DNA of 64,000 nucleotides, from NCBI GenBank assembly GCA_964414015.1, contig CAYPUE010000001.1, forward strand, positions 8,893-72,892, read 5' to 3'. This stretch comes from an uncultured Gammaproteobacteria bacterium. Its GTDB lineage: Bacteria > Patescibacteriota > Microgenomatia > Levybacterales > UBA12049. Below the pieces are notes generated by a model. That model was not told the origin of the DNA and searched no databases. It was given only the letters and a program-made list of their open reading frames with translations. Below are positions 37,441 to 48,319 of the stretch, piece after piece; the stretch's first letter is position 1, and each line of letters starts with the position of its first letter. Position numbers and translations under genes: made by a program.

Positions 37441-39108
37441 CTACCTTGTATCTAGAATACGAAATACGATTGAGTTATCTTCTCTGCTTACAGCCCCTAA
37501 TTCTCTACCTTGAGGAATAGGTTTACACAAACCACTATTAATATAGAGAGTGTTTTTATTCCCAATAGGTAATCCATTCTTATCAACCTTCAGAGGACAC
37601 TCTTCTTGGGAAAATTCAAATTTACCAAAATTTATCCTATCGAAGTCTTGCATGGTTGTATTTTTGGTTTCTTCTTGAAAAATTTTAGGGCTATATTTGT
37701 TATAAAAAAGAAAAAATATTGTCGGAGCAGATTCTCTATTGGTTATGACCACCTTTTCGTAAGAGGATATAATCCTATTAACGTTTCTTGCCAGTTTTTC
37801 ATATCCGTCGTTTCTATACCATGGCCTATATTTATTAACGTGCACATAATACTGATGTAGGTATGATAAAAAGCTAAATATGCTAGTTATGCAAAGTAAA
37901 CCAACTGCAATTTTTCCAAAAAGTTTATTTTCATTAACCTTCGATAAAACATACAGCAATCCTAAAGCCGATATGATAGATAGTGCTGGAAAAACAATAA
38001 GTGTTCTTTGTAAATTTGGGACATCATCAAAAGTTAAGGAACTTCCTATGGGAGAAAGCAATATCCATCCAATCAAAAAAAATGAATTCTTCTTATCTAT
38101 ACCCAATAAATACCAGACTCCTAAAATAAGTAAGGGTAATTCAAATACATACAAAAGTCCAAAAAGAGGAACACGATAGCGGTCTGGCAATCCTTGGTCT
38201 GTAAAAAGAAAATTGTATGAGAAATGCTTAAAATAATTACTTAAAATTTCATTAGAATAACCTATTAATTTATTATGAAAAATTCTAGTAATCGTATTAT
38301 TTGTTTTTCCTACCCCATCTTCTCTTATTTGTTCGTCGAGCACCAGTTGGGTTTCTGAACCAGATAAAATACTTACCGTTCTTATCCTTAAAGACAAATT
38401 TTTAGATGAAAGTATTAAAAATAATGGCATTACTATTGTAAATAAAAACGTAACAATAATTAAGGCTATTCTTTTTTTTGTTATTCGTGGTACCAAAAAA
38501 CTAATAATTAAAAGAAGTATGAGAAAAGGAAGAAATGCTCTAGGAGCTTGATAGATAAAAAGTGTTAAGCCAAATAAAATAAATGACAGAAATAAAAGAT
38601 ATAGAGAGTTTTTGCGTATCCAGATTAAATAGAGCAGCGTAGCCAGTGATATGAAAAATACTACAATCGTATTCTCCGTTGCAGTACGCGATAAATTAAT
38701 ATGCCATGGGGAAACTGCAAGAAATAATGAACTTAGTAAAGAAAGCCATATTTTGTTTTTAAATTTACAAAAAAGCTCCATTGTCAGCCAAAACGTTGAA
38801 ATAATGGTTAAGCTGCCAAAAAATGCAGAAGCAAATCTAACAGAGAATTCATTCAGATCAAACAAAAATATAAATGGGATAGAAAAATAAGAATAACCTG
38901 CAGGACTGTATATGAATGATCCTAAATGTAAGGGAAAATATTTACCGCTCATGTCTTTTCCCGTTTCAAGAATTGAGTAGGCATTGTAGCCTAGAAATGC
39001 TTCGTCCCTATGAAGCGTTACGGGCACTTGTCCGAGATTATAAAATCTAAGAAAAAATCCAAGAAGTAATATAAATAAAATAATTAATAACGTTAATCGT
39101 TTGCTCAT
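37441..39108 (-). CDS. GT-C glycosyltransferase, ArnT/PMT_2-like
   Basis: RDEAFLGYNAYS, VRFAS, AVSPWH..LSR.ATE, PNLQR. Confidence 0.85.
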   Translation of the reverse strand: MSKRLTLLIILFILLLGFFLRFYNLGQVPVTLHRDEAFLGYNAYSILETGKDMSGKYFPLHLGSFIYSPAGYSYFSIPFIFLFDLNEFSVRFASAFFGSLTIISTFWLTMELFCKFKNKIWLSLLSSLFLAVSPWHINLSRTATENTIVVFFISLATLLYLIWIRKNSLYLLFLSFILFGLTLFIYQAPRAFLPFLILLLIISFLVPRITKKRIALIIVTFLFTIVMPLFLILSSKNLSLRIRTVSILSGSETQLVLDEQIREDGVGKTNNTITRIFHNKLIGYSNEILSNYFKHFSYNFLFTDQGLPDRYRVPLFGLLYVFELPLLILGVWYLLGIDKKNSFFLIGWILLSPIGSSLTFDDVPNLQRTLIVFPALSIISALGLLYVLSKVNENKLFGKIAVGLLCITSIFSFLSYLHQYYVHVNKYRPWYRNDGYEKLARNVNRIISSYEKVVITNRESAPTIFFLFYNKYSPKIFQEETKNTTMQDFDRINFGKFEFSQEECPLKVDKNGLPIGNKNTLYINSGLCKPIPQGRELGAVSREDNSIVFRILDTR

Positions 39109-40334
39109 TAATTATTGTCTTTAGGCCAGAAATATGCAGCTATAAATACTAAAGACAAGTACCCTAAATGGCTATTGTTAAAATATCTGGATAAATACCA
39201 AAAAATAAACAGAAAAACTCCATAGGTTAATATTAATCTGCTTACGCTTGGAGATTTTTTAAGATAAAAAATAAGTCCTGCTGCTAAGGGAATTCCAACT
39301 ATCGCCTGCCATAATATGAATGGGTAGTATTGGTGTAAATCTTTAATAACGCCCATTTGATTTAGTAGCATCCCTAATCCATATCCGGAAATAGGATAAC
39401 TGCGAAACGTAGCACCCGATAGGTAAAGTACCGTACTATCCAGGAAAGCCTTTTGATTCCAAAGTAAGAAGGGGAAAATTATTGCAAGAAAAGTAATTAC
39501 AAAAGGAGCTAAATCTCGCAAAGTCTTTAATATATTTTTATTTTTAAAATATATGAAAGCGAAGTAAAAGGGTAAAATCGGCCACGCTGATTGTTTAACG
39601 GCAAATGCCAACCCCATAGGAATACCTGAAAAAAGATACTTTTTTCTGTGAAGAAAAAATAATCCTACAAATAAAAATGCAAACATAAAAATATCTGATC
39701 TTCCCTCAAGAGTATAGCCAAGAATTGACGGGTTGAACGTAAGCATTGTCAGAAAAAGTAATTTTTTGTCTTTGTCTTTAGTCAAAATATCGGCAAATAC
39801 CAACAACATAAAAAACAAGAATAGGAGGGGCATCCTTCCGTCAAAAAATCCCCATAAACTATTGCTTACCGCATAGAAAGGCAAAGCAAATAGAAGATAA
39901 AATGGCTGCATAACAAAATGGTACAAAGCAGGATTTTCTTCGGCTGCAGAATAATTCCATTGTTCAAGCGGCGTCCCAAAATACGTTACGGCATAAGGAT
40001 TTTTTCCGTCCAGAAAAAATCTAATCGCTGCTTCCTGCTGGAGAATAATGTCGTGAATCATATAAACGGGTGCTGTTTTATGCCGTACGACAATTGCGGA
40101 AAAGAATGCGCTCCCTATTACAATCACTATGATTAACCATAAAACAATATGTTTCAATCCAAAATATAAATTATCTTTTATCTTTATTGTGTCTAAAACG
40201 ATGTATAGAAAAAGCCCTAAAAAGATTATTCCAAAAAGCCAGAAAGGGGTATTTCCCGGACTTATTCTGTAAGCCATAATGAACGGTATTGCAAGGGCAA
40301 AAAGCAAAATAGAATCAAGTTTAATATTTTTCAT
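39108..40334 (-). CDS. GT-C membrane protein, GT87/DUF2029-like
   Basis: HD...QQE.A...DGKNPY, EGRSD, AVKQ; about 10 TM helices. Confidence 0.65.
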   Translation of the reverse strand: MKNIKLDSILLFALAIPFIMAYRISPGNTPFWLFGIIFLGLFLYIVLDTIKIKDNLYFGLKHIVLWLIIVIVIGSAFFSAIVVRHKTAPVYMIHDIILQQEAAIRFFLDGKNPYAVTYFGTPLEQWNYSAAEENPALYHFVMQPFYLLFALPFYAVSNSLWGFFDGRMPLLFLFFMLLVFADILTKDKDKKLLFLTMLTFNPSILGYTLEGRSDIFMFAFLFVGLFFLHRKKYLFSGIPMGLAFAVKQSAWPILPFYFAFIYFKNKNILKTLRDLAPFVITFLAIIFPFLLWNQKAFLDSTVLYLSGATFRSYPISGYGLGMLLNQMGVIKDLHQYYPFILWQAIVGIPLAAGLIFYLKKSPSVSRLILTYGVFLFIFWYLSRYFNNSHLGYLSLVFIAAYFWPKDNN

Positions 40335-40339
40335 ATCCT

Positions 40340-41830
40340 TTATTTTTTATACCACAGAACTGTCGATTTGTATATTTGGCTCGGATTAATGAATGCCCAT
40401 CCTTCTTTAGATAATTCAGCGCTATTTGAACTATTGAGATTAAAAATTTCATACCCGCCTCTATCTCCCCCAATTACGGAATGAAAAGCAGTCATTTTAC
40501 TCATTTTAGATGTCCTAACTACTAATCCTACCTTTATTCCTTTATCATCTATAAGACGGCTATTTTCTAAATATAAAACTAGCGGAAAACTTTTATTCCC
40601 TAATTTATAACCATAATCATACACTGCAAATTTACTATTAGGAAATTTTTGCATCAGCAATTTCTGCCAATCTGCCGCTTGAACCCTTGTAAAATTTCCG
40701 CTATTTTTAATTAGATCTAAGTCTTTTGCTATAGTAAAAGAAACAATTAAAAATATTAGGATGAAACCGATAACGCGATTTAATTTGAGCGCCTGTGACA
40801 GCATCCACCCTGTTAAAATAAGCACTAGGGGATGTAAAAAAACCAGATAGCTATCAAATCTTTCTCCTCTGTAATACCTAAGTATTAAGAATATAAAGAA
40901 GAAACTTAAAAATATCGCAACGATATTTTTTGTCAACTTTTTATTAATAAACGCATAAATCGCGAATGCAATTAATAAAACTATAATGCCATATCCAACA
41001 TACGACTCACCTCCTATAATTCTTGACCACGCACCAGGCCAATATGTTCCCGCATAAGTCAGCCAACGGTTTGGAATAAATATCTGATATTGGCCGTAAG
41101 TCAAATACTCAATCCAATTTCTGCTTTCGAAGAATTTATTTGTTATATCAAAAAAAATAAGCGGAATAAAAGGGATAAATATACCAAGCGATAAATAAAT
41201 AAATTTTCTGAAACTTCTAGCATTATCTAGAATGAAAGCTATGGGAATGAGTAAGAAGAGCCCCATTGCCTGAAAATGAATATTAAAAGATGTAGCGACC
41301 ATGAAAGACATCCAGAAGGCGCTAGCTATCGACCCCGCTTTAATATATTTCACAAAGAAATATAGAGAAATAACTGCAACAATTCCAACCATAGAGGGAG
41401 ACGTAAGGTTGGTGGACTGACCAAGCTGCGCAGTAGATATTGCTGTAAGAATCCCAATAATAAGCCCTAATCGTTTATCTTCTATCTCTCTGCCAATAAG
41501 CACCATAAGCCAAACTATACCAACATATAGAATTGTTTGAATAATCCATGGAGTCATAACTGCATACGGATATACACCCGCCATGTACATTAATATCCAG
41601 AACCATTGCGGGCCGTAAACAAATTGCCCTGCAGAAGCAAATGGGCCAATTAAAGGCAAAGAAAATGTTTTTAGAGCTTCTCTTGCGACTAAGACGTCTC
41701 TAGCCTGATCATAAGCTAATCCCCACCTTTCTTCGTAATTACTAAAACGAAGAACAGCTGCAACAAGAAGTATGATAGCCACAGAAATACCGAACCAGTG
41801 ATGGTATATAAATTTTTTGTACTTATCCAT
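40340..41830 (-). CDS. GT-C glycosyltransferase (divergent ArnT/PMT_2-like)
   Basis: LRF...YDQARD, PLIGP, YGP, HFQ; multi-TM with a soluble C-terminal tail. Confidence 0.75.
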   Translation of the reverse strand: MDKYKKFIYHHWFGISVAIILLVAAVLRFSNYEERWGLAYDQARDVLVAREALKTFSLPLIGPFASAGQFVYGPQWFWILMYMAGVYPYAVMTPWIIQTILYVGIVWLMVLIGREIEDKRLGLIIGILTAISTAQLGQSTNLTSPSMVGIVAVISLYFFVKYIKAGSIASAFWMSFMVATSFNIHFQAMGLFLLIPIAFILDNARSFRKFIYLSLGIFIPFIPLIFFDITNKFFESRNWIEYLTYGQYQIFIPNRWLTYAGTYWPGAWSRIIGGESYVGYGIIVLLIAFAIYAFINKKLTKNIVAIFLSFFFIFLILRYYRGERFDSYLVFLHPLVLILTGWMLSQALKLNRVIGFILIFLIVSFTIAKDLDLIKNSGNFTRVQAADWQKLLMQKFPNSKFAVYDYGYKLGNKSFPLVLYLENSRLIDDKGIKVGLVVRTSKMSKMTAFHSVIGGDRGGYEIFNLNSSNSAELSKEGWAFINPSQIYKSTVLWYKK

Positions 41831-41831
41831 T

Positions 41832-42548
41832 TTAATCGCGAAATCTATATTTTAAGAGTGTATATAACGCAATTGTACCATCCCTAATCGTATTCAGCTT
41901 TTTTCCCTCGTTGTACCCCCGAGGATTAGTTGTAATCGGTACCTCAATTATATGAATTCCTTTCTTTAAAATTTTTGCCGTTATTTCCGGTTCAAGATCG
42001 AATCCTTTAGAATTAAGTTTTATATCCTTAGCTACACTCCTAGGAAAAAGTTTATATCCTGTTTCCATATCCGTAATCCACTGTCCATATAGTATGCTAG
42101 TTAGAAAACTTAAAAACTTATTGCCCAGATAGTGCAGCAGAAAACCCAAAGTCCTTTCATCTCTATTAAAATTAGGTAAACGTTTAAGTCTTGTGCCGTA
42201 AACAACCACTAAATTATTATTTTTAGCTAATCCTACCAGTTGCTTTATGTCATTTGGATTATATTCTAAGTCTGCGTCCTGAATAACAATATATTTACCT
42301 GTAGCATTGATAATTCCTGTTCTCACAGCCGCACCTTTTCCCTGATTTTCCCGATGTCGTATCGTCTTTAAATTTAGCCCCGCTTTGCAGGATAAAATTG
42401 CAGATGGAGTGTTGTCAGTAGAACCATCGTCAACAACGATAATTTCTTTTTCAACACCGGGAATATTAACATTATTAACTTTGTTTAATACTTTACTAAT
42501 TGTCTTATCTTCGTTAAAGACAGGGATAATAATTGATAATTTCATCAT
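41832..42548 (-). CDS. GT2, DPM1-like polyprenol-phosphate sugar synthase
   Basis: IPVFNE, VVDDGSTD, NQGKGAA, IQDADLEY.P, YGTR, TDMETGYK, EPEITAK, EGKK. Confidence 0.92.
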   Translation of the reverse strand: MMKLSIIIPVFNEDKTISKVLNKVNNVNIPGVEKEIIVVDDGSTDNTPSAILSCKAGLNLKTIRHRENQGKGAAVRTGIINATGKYIVIQDADLEYNPNDIKQLVGLAKNNNLVVVYGTRLKRLPNFNRDERTLGFLLHYLGNKFLSFLTSILYGQWITDMETGYKLFPRSVAKDIKLNSKGFDLEPEITAKILKKGIHIIEVPITTNPRGYNEGKKLNTIRDGTIALYTLLKYRFRD

Positions 42549-43966
42549 GTTATTTTTCTGTGAAAGATAAACTGCTCTTTGGTTTGATATATTAACTCAT
42601 ACCTCGAGTCTTTTCGCAATAATTCCATAATTGCTGAAATATCTTTTGTTCCAAAAAAATCATTCGGGTTTTGTCCTTTTCTTAAATCTAAGATGATATA
42701 TTCCGGCTTATAATTACCATAATCCCTTCTTAAGATAAACACTTTTTGATGGGTGAACCGTGATGCTAAATTATTTTGCGTCATAACTGAAACATTATTG
42801 GGAATTCTTTTTACAAGATCGTTTAGAAATATAAAATCTTTGGTATGTGCATAAAATGCTGCGTTATATGCTAAAGCAAAAGGGCCACGAAGTATAAATC
42901 GATAAAGAAACAATGAATTTATTACAATAAGTATTATTAGTAAAGATAAAAATTTAGCAATAAATCTTACGTGCTGTAAGCGTCTTAAAGTAAAAATGCT
43001 TGAAATGCTTAAAAGAACAGCGCTTTGCGCATTATAATGCAAACCTAAATCCCATCGGGTACAGCAAGAATTACCGATAAACCTTGTCCCATAATCTTGC
43101 AAAAATAAAAACCAAAATTCTGGACTTAAAAGCGGAAGAAAACCAAAGCTGAAAAAACTATAGAATAAAGTTCTTTGCTTAAGGGGATGGCTAAAAAAAG
43201 AGAAGATGTTGTCAGAAATATTTGAACTGAATATGGGAAAATATGCATAAGAGCCATTGGAAAATGACGGTATAATTACTTTTATACTGATATATCCCCA
43301 TATAAGCGATAGTGCTATTGTAATTAACCCAATTTTAAACCATTCTCTCCGTAGGAAAAAAATTGATATTCCTATACCTATTCCCAAAAGAAAGTTCGAT
43401 TCTTTAAATCCTAACGTAATAAATAAAAATAGAAAATACAGCCATTTTTTTTTATAGACAATCGCCCAAAATGTAAGCATAAGGGGTAACGTCATAACGG
43501 TAAGTTCATGAAAATCAGTAATAACTGCATTCTGTAAGCCGACGAAAAACAAATAACAAATCGAGACACCCAAAGCTAGGAAATTATTCTTTAAGATATA
43601 CTTACCTATGTTGTAGAGAACTAGCCCGCTTAACCCAACAATAATTGCCTGCACAACAAGAAGCATTTCGCTTTTTGTAGTCAACCAATAAAAAGGTGAC
43701 AGCAAAAAGATGCTAGGGCTAAAATGATCTGCGAATATCCACTTTCCGCCAACAATAAAATGTTCAATTATGGGAGGTTTAAAACGAGATACATTCCAAA
43801 TCGCCTGATCAAAAATTCCAAAATCATAATAAAATACTTCATATTGCCAAAACCTATGTAGGGATACCAAAATTCCCGCAATCGTAAACAAGACACATAA
43901 TATATAAAAAATTACATCTATATATCTATCTTTTGCTTCTGTTAAACTCCAAACGATTCTCATCAA
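42545..43966 (-). CDS. DUF2079-like membrane protein (predicted GT-C)
   Basis: YDFGIFDQAIW, DHFSP, DFHE, KE, HY; multi-TM. Confidence 0.75.
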   Translation of the reverse strand: MMRIVWSLTEAKDRYIDVIFYILCVLFTIAGILVSLHRFWQYEVFYYDFGIFDQAIWNVSRFKPPIIEHFIVGGKWIFADHFSPSIFLLSPFYWLTTKSEMLLVVQAIIVGLSGLVLYNIGKYILKNNFLALGVSICYLFFVGLQNAVITDFHELTVMTLPLMLTFWAIVYKKKWLYFLFLFITLGFKESNFLLGIGIGISIFFLRREWFKIGLITIALSLIWGYISIKVIIPSFSNGSYAYFPIFSSNISDNIFSFFSHPLKQRTLFYSFFSFGFLPLLSPEFWFLFLQDYGTRFIGNSCCTRWDLGLHYNAQSAVLLSISSIFTLRRLQHVRFIAKFLSLLIILIVINSLFLYRFILRGPFALAYNAAFYAHTKDFIFLNDLVKRIPNNVSVMTQNNLASRFTHQKVFILRRDYGNYKPEYIILDLRKGQNPNDFFGTKDISAIMELLRKDSRYELIYQTKEQFIFHRKIT

Positions 43967-44910
43967 AATTCTTTCATTATCTCTCTATCTTTTTTTATAA
44001 ATAATTTCTGGTTTTTAAAACCGGAGATTATAATTTTTGGCAATAACATCAAAGCCTTAGAGAACCCAACAAAAAAAGCCAAATCCACATTGATTAACGA
44101 TTTTAAAAAATGGTATGGAAGCCATACGATATGCGAAATCTTCAAATCAAGATCGGTTATATTTTTCCAGACGAAAATAAATTGATTTCTATACGCAATA
44201 GTCTTTATATAAAAACTGGAATAACGCATTTTTATTGCACCTTTTTCATGCTCATGGATAACAATGCTTTTTGGTTCGAATATCAGCTTGTATCCAGATT
44301 TTAACGCGTTATAAGACAAATCAATATCTTCCCAGTAAAAAGGACTATATAGTTCATTAAATCCTCCGAGTTTCTCCCAAACACTTTTTCTAAATGCGCC
44401 GCTTCCTCCGTTAACCCAAAGAGTGTTTTCCTTATCAACCTCTCCTCGGGCATGAGCAAGAAAACCTCTTTTCCAAGAGCCTATTCCTCTCCCCCGCAAA
44501 ATCGTTTTCCCCTCTTCTTTGCTTTCATCCATACATCCTACTGCGAAAATATTTGGATCCGAAAAACGCCTCAACAGGGGACCCAAGAAATCTTTCTGGG
44601 GAATAACATCCGAATTTAATAAAATTACAATATCTCCTTTTGCGTTTTTCACTCCTCTATCGATACTTGAAGAGAAACCAAGATTTTTGTCGTTTTCAAT
44701 AATTTTAAATATTATATCCGGATACGCTGATTCCATTTTGGGCTTAAGCTCTTGAAGAACATTGATGGAATTATCAAGAGAACAATCATCCGTAACAATA
44801 ATTTCTTTTTCGCCATTCGCATAAACATTTATCGCTTCAAAAACCTTTGGTAGATTTTTTTTAAGAAGTTCTTCTCCGTTGTAATTTGGGATAATTACAC
44901 TTATGGTCAT
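43963..44910 (-). CDS. GT2 glycosyltransferase (WbbL/RfbF-like)
   Basis: IPNYNG, DD.S.D, NLGF, LLNSD, GGF.E...FYWEDIDL, H. Confidence 0.88.
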   Translation of the reverse strand: MTISVIIPNYNGEELLKKNLPKVFEAINVYANGEKEIIVTDDCSLDNSINVLQELKPKMESAYPDIIFKIIENDKNLGFSSSIDRGVKNAKGDIVILLNSDVIPQKDFLGPLLRRFSDPNIFAVGCMDESKEEGKTILRGRGIGSWKRGFLAHARGEVDKENTLWVNGGSGAFRKSVWEKLGGFNELYSPFYWEDIDLSYNALKSGYKLIFEPKSIVIHEHEKGAIKMRYSSFYIKTIAYRNQFIFVWKNITDLDLKISHIVWLPYHFLKSLINVDLAFFVGFSKALMLLPKIIISGFKNQKLFIKKDREIMKEF

Positions 44911-47186
44911 AATAATGTATCGTAAAACAAAATTGTATGTTTGCCTTTTGGCACAATTACACCACGTAGGGTAAAATTCGTTAAGTAAATTTTTTGTTCA
45001 GTATTTATTGCGTTTCCATTAACGCCAATCTTTACGTGCCATGTTGGGTAAAAATTATCAGCCAGAACCAGAAATCCTTCCTTTTGATTATCTGTATCTA
45101 TGATAATTTTGTTTGGAGAATAATAAGTAATTTCTGCCTTGCCAATTCCCCAATCGCTCCTCCCTTTTGCATACGGAAAGCTTGAGTCTTCAACTATCGC
45201 CATATTTATCGGATCAAAATTATCGTCAAACATAAATTTTATTGTTGTACTTTTGCTTGCAGAAAATATAGTTTTCCCTACAAAAAATACTCTTGGTAGA
45301 ACATCTTTATTTTCATACACCCTTGTTTCTCCTTCTTGGAATACTTTCTTAAGCTTTGGAGAATCCAGATCTAAAAGGCTTAAAATATACTTAACGCCCA
45401 ATAAATCTATTATTTTTGAGTCATAGTTATGAGGAGTAATAATCCTATTGAATCCAAACGGAGGATTGATATCTGCTTTTTTTCTTTCGGATGCCGCAAT
45501 TAGCTCGCCATACCTTAAAAGATATAAAGGATCATAGCCGTCTACGCTTTGGAGTCTATAAATAGCAGAAAAATTAGGAGGAAGAATGCGCGAGTCAGTT
45601 GTCATTATTCTAAATTCCCCTTTTTGTTTTTTAAGAAAATTTATAGATGATGTATCCGGAAACAGATAAGACTTTTGAGTGAATGGATTAAATTTCCAGG
45701 AAAATCTAAATAAATCAAAAACCACTAATGCCACTATAATAATACGTATTATTATAGTACTTCTAGATTTAGTCGATAATTTTATTAAAATAAAAATTAA
45801 AGCAGCTGAAGCAATAAAAAGCAATGTAGGCAAATAAAGATTTTGTTTCGCAACTAAAAGATTTGCTAAATCTATATCTTTAAACGTTTTGTTACTAATA
45901 AAAATAAATAGCCATATTAGAATAATTGCTCCTCCGACAAAAATTATCGAAGAGAATATTTTTTTATTTCTATTTCTGGATAGATAATCAAAACCTAATG
46001 CTGATAAAATGGCTAAAGAAAAATCTGTTATGAATAAAAGCCGAGTCGGTTGAGAAGTGCTAATGAGAGGTATATTCAGCATAAAAGGAATTTTAGCGAA
46101 TATCGTTGGTAAGGCAAAAATCAGCGAAAGAAAAAACATTGTTCCGAAGAAAAGCGTTTTTTTATCATGACGAAAAAATATAGCGTATATCGCCATTATT
46201 AACGGCAATATTCCCGCATAGGCAACAAATTCTCCATAATTCCATATACCCCAATAGTTAAGCGTAGATGGGTTACCGAAAAAATCAGGCGCTATAAATT
46301 GTATAAGGTTTTGCCAAGGAACAAACCACCCGGGATCGTTAAAACTAACTTGGTCAATATTTCTGGCAGATAAAAGAATAAATTGAATTGTTGGAAACCA
46401 CTGGATAGCAGTAAGAATCATGGATAATGAATTAAGAAGAATGAATAATAAAAAGGTATTTTTCTTCCTTCCAAACTGGAACCAACGGGCAAAAAAATAT
46501 ATTACCGAAACTATAAAAACATAGAAAAAGACCTGTAAATGTCCTGCAAAAAAAGATGAAGCTAAGGAGAAAATAAATAGTGCGTTCCAAATTAAAAATT
46601 TCTTTCCTTTAGAAAGAACTATTTTATCTATAGATAATAGTATTAAAGGTAACCATAGTCCTACATGTATTACCGTTCCCCATTCAAACCAAGATGTAAA
46701 AAATCCTGAAAATGCAAAGACTATTGAGCCAATGACGCTGGCCCACATGTCAATTTTCAAGTTTCTAAGATACATGTAGAGAAATATACCTGCCAATAAG
46801 GGCTGGAAAAAAATTAAGAGACTCCAAGCTATACTAAAAGGTAAAATAAGAAATAGAATATTCAATGGATAAAATGCAGCAGATTGCATATTCGCCAAAA
46901 GAGGTGTTCCGGAAAAGCTGTATGGATTCCAAAGGGGAAGTTCTATTTTCTTCTCGGACCAAATTGTCAATTCTCTCCATGGATATTGCTGCCGAACAGG
47001 ATCTGTAATTAAAAAGTTTTTAAATGGAATGCCATTCGAATAATCCTTCGCATATAAGTCTCGAAAGGGATGGTAAAGACCAATTATCGTATCCGAAGGA
47101 ATAGGAAGAAAACCTTTTAAAAAAAACTGCCAAAAAAATATAATAACTATTATTAGAATAAAGCCAATAGGCATCAACTTTCTCAT
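44907..47186 (-). CDS. YfhO-like GT-C membrane protein
   Basis: D...Q.YPW, PLWNPY.FSGTPLLAN.QSA.FYP, GH.Q, PDFFGNP, GYDPLY, YPTW, GKH. Confidence 0.82.
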   Translation of the reverse strand: MRKLMPIGFILIIVIIFFWQFFLKGFLPIPSDTIIGLYHPFRDLYAKDYSNGIPFKNFLITDPVRQQYPWRELTIWSEKKIELPLWNPYSFSGTPLLANMQSAAFYPLNILFLILPFSIAWSLLIFFQPLLAGIFLYMYLRNLKIDMWASVIGSIVFAFSGFFTSWFEWGTVIHVGLWLPLILLSIDKIVLSKGKKFLIWNALFIFSLASSFFAGHLQVFFYVFIVSVIYFFARWFQFGRKKNTFLLFILLNSLSMILTAIQWFPTIQFILLSARNIDQVSFNDPGWFVPWQNLIQFIAPDFFGNPSTLNYWGIWNYGEFVAYAGILPLIMAIYAIFFRHDKKTLFFGTMFFLSLIFALPTIFAKIPFMLNIPLISTSQPTRLLFITDFSLAILSALGFDYLSRNRNKKIFSSIIFVGGAIILIWLFIFISNKTFKDIDLANLLVAKQNLYLPTLLFIASAALIFILIKLSTKSRSTIIIRIIIVALVVFDLFRFSWKFNPFTQKSYLFPDTSSINFLKKQKGEFRIMTTDSRILPPNFSAIYRLQSVDGYDPLYLLRYGELIAASERKKADINPPFGFNRIITPHNYDSKIIDLLGVKYILSLLDLDSPKLKKVFQEGETRVYENKDVLPRVFFVGKTIFSASKSTTIKFMFDDNFDPINMAIVEDSSFPYAKGRSDWGIGKAEITYYSPNKIIIDTDNQKEGFLVLADNFYPTWHVKIGVNGNAINTEQKIYLTNFTLRGVIVPKGKHTILFYDTLL
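46413..46447. repeat. Degenerate in-frame heptamer array AWGAATW x5
   Basis: aagaatc atggata atgaatt aagaaga atgaata; encodes FILLNSLSMIL. Confidence 0.45.
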
Positions 47187-48256
47187 CTTTTTATAATCAT
47201 TTCTAATTCCTCCTTAAATCTATTTCCGCTAAATTTACCAGCTCTTTTAACTGATTCTCTCGACATTGCTTCCCACAATTTTGAGTCTTTGGATAAAAGT
47301 TCTGTTTTCGTAAGCAATTCATCGCTTGTCTCCCACAAAAAACCATTTTTCCCGTTCTCAACTATTTCCGTTTGTCCTCCGGCATTTACTACAACCGGCA
47401 CTGCTCCTGCACCCATGGCTTCAACCGTTGATATGCCAAAATGCTCTGCTTGTTCAGGGTGCTTCTCTAAATCTTCTCCAAAACCCGTAGCATGCCAATA
47501 TATCTTAGCTTTTGCATAATTTTCCCACAAAATCGAATTTGGAGGATTATCTATAATAGAAATGGGATAGCTTTTGATCTCTTCTTTTAAAAGACTTAAT
47601 CTTCCTGCATCATTTTTACTTACTCCAATTATTAATCTAAATTCCCATCCTTTTAAACCCCGGTTAATTAATTTTTTAAACATTTCTATCATAAAATCCT
47701 GCTTCTTGAAGTTAGATCCTTCCTTATCTACGCCAAATCTCCCAACATGCAAAATGATATTTTCCTTAACAGCCTTTTTATCTTTAATAAAAATTGGCGG
47801 ATACAATACGTTACTTTTAACATTAAACTTTTTATCGATATATTTTTTTGTGAAAAAAGAGTTGCAGATAATTTTGTTAACCCTTAAAAGTTTTATTTTC
47901 GTCAATAAAGAATTTCCGTTAACCCATTCCACGGGAAATTGGAAATGAAGATATAATTTAGACAGCACAAAGGGGATGCCGCCGTCGCTTAAATATATTA
48001 TAAGGTCGTATTCCCTTGAAGAATTCAATCTCTCCAAAAAAGTAACATCTTTTGAGAATATATTTTTGGAAAAAAATACCGAAGAAAGGTTTATATCTAA
48101 CTTTTCCAAAGATTTCTTTCTTATTTCTTTTTCTTCAGAAAGATTCCAAAAAACAAAAACCTCATGACGAGAAGACAACTCTTTGGCTATCGTCAATATG
48201 TATTTCTCGCCTCCGCTTAACGAATCCAGGTACGGATCGAAAATCCCAATCTTCAT
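47183..48256 (-). CDS. GT4 glycosyltransferase
   Basis: GGEKY, NS.FT, LYPP, VGRF, KKQ, EHFGISTVEAM.AG.VP. Confidence 0.9.
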   Translation of the reverse strand: MKIGIFDPYLDSLSGGEKYILTIAKELSSRHEVFVFWNLSEEKEIRKKSLEKLDINLSSVFFSKNIFSKDVTFLERLNSSREYDLIIYLSDGGIPFVLSKLYLHFQFPVEWVNGNSLLTKIKLLRVNKIICNSFFTKKYIDKKFNVKSNVLYPPIFIKDKKAVKENIILHVGRFGVDKEGSNFKKQDFMIEMFKKLINRGLKGWEFRLIIGVSKNDAGRLSLLKEEIKSYPISIIDNPPNSILWENYAKAKIYWHATGFGEDLEKHPEQAEHFGISTVEAMGAGAVPVVVNAGGQTEIVENGKNGFLWETSDELLTKTELLSKDSKLWEAMSRESVKRAGKFSGNRFKEELEMIIKR

Positions 48257-48262
48257 GTATCC

Positions 48263-48313
48263 ATTCTATCAATTTCCATCCCCCTTGCAAATGCCATATT
48301 GCTATGTTATTAT
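48263..48313. promoter_or_regulatory. Divergent promoters, both apparently leaderless
   Basis: Minus strand: TGaTAGAAT(48271-48263)-N6-ATG(48256). Plus strand: TTGCAA(48285)-N17-TATTAT(48308-48313, preceded by TGt)-N6-ATG(48320). Confidence 0.6.
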
Positions 48314-48319
48314 CATTTT

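Noticed and set aside
30903-39108. Literal ArnT (lipid A L-Ara4N transferase) annotation
   Set aside because: No arnABD or lipid A genes are in the window; the similarity supports only the GT-C fold, not the acceptor.
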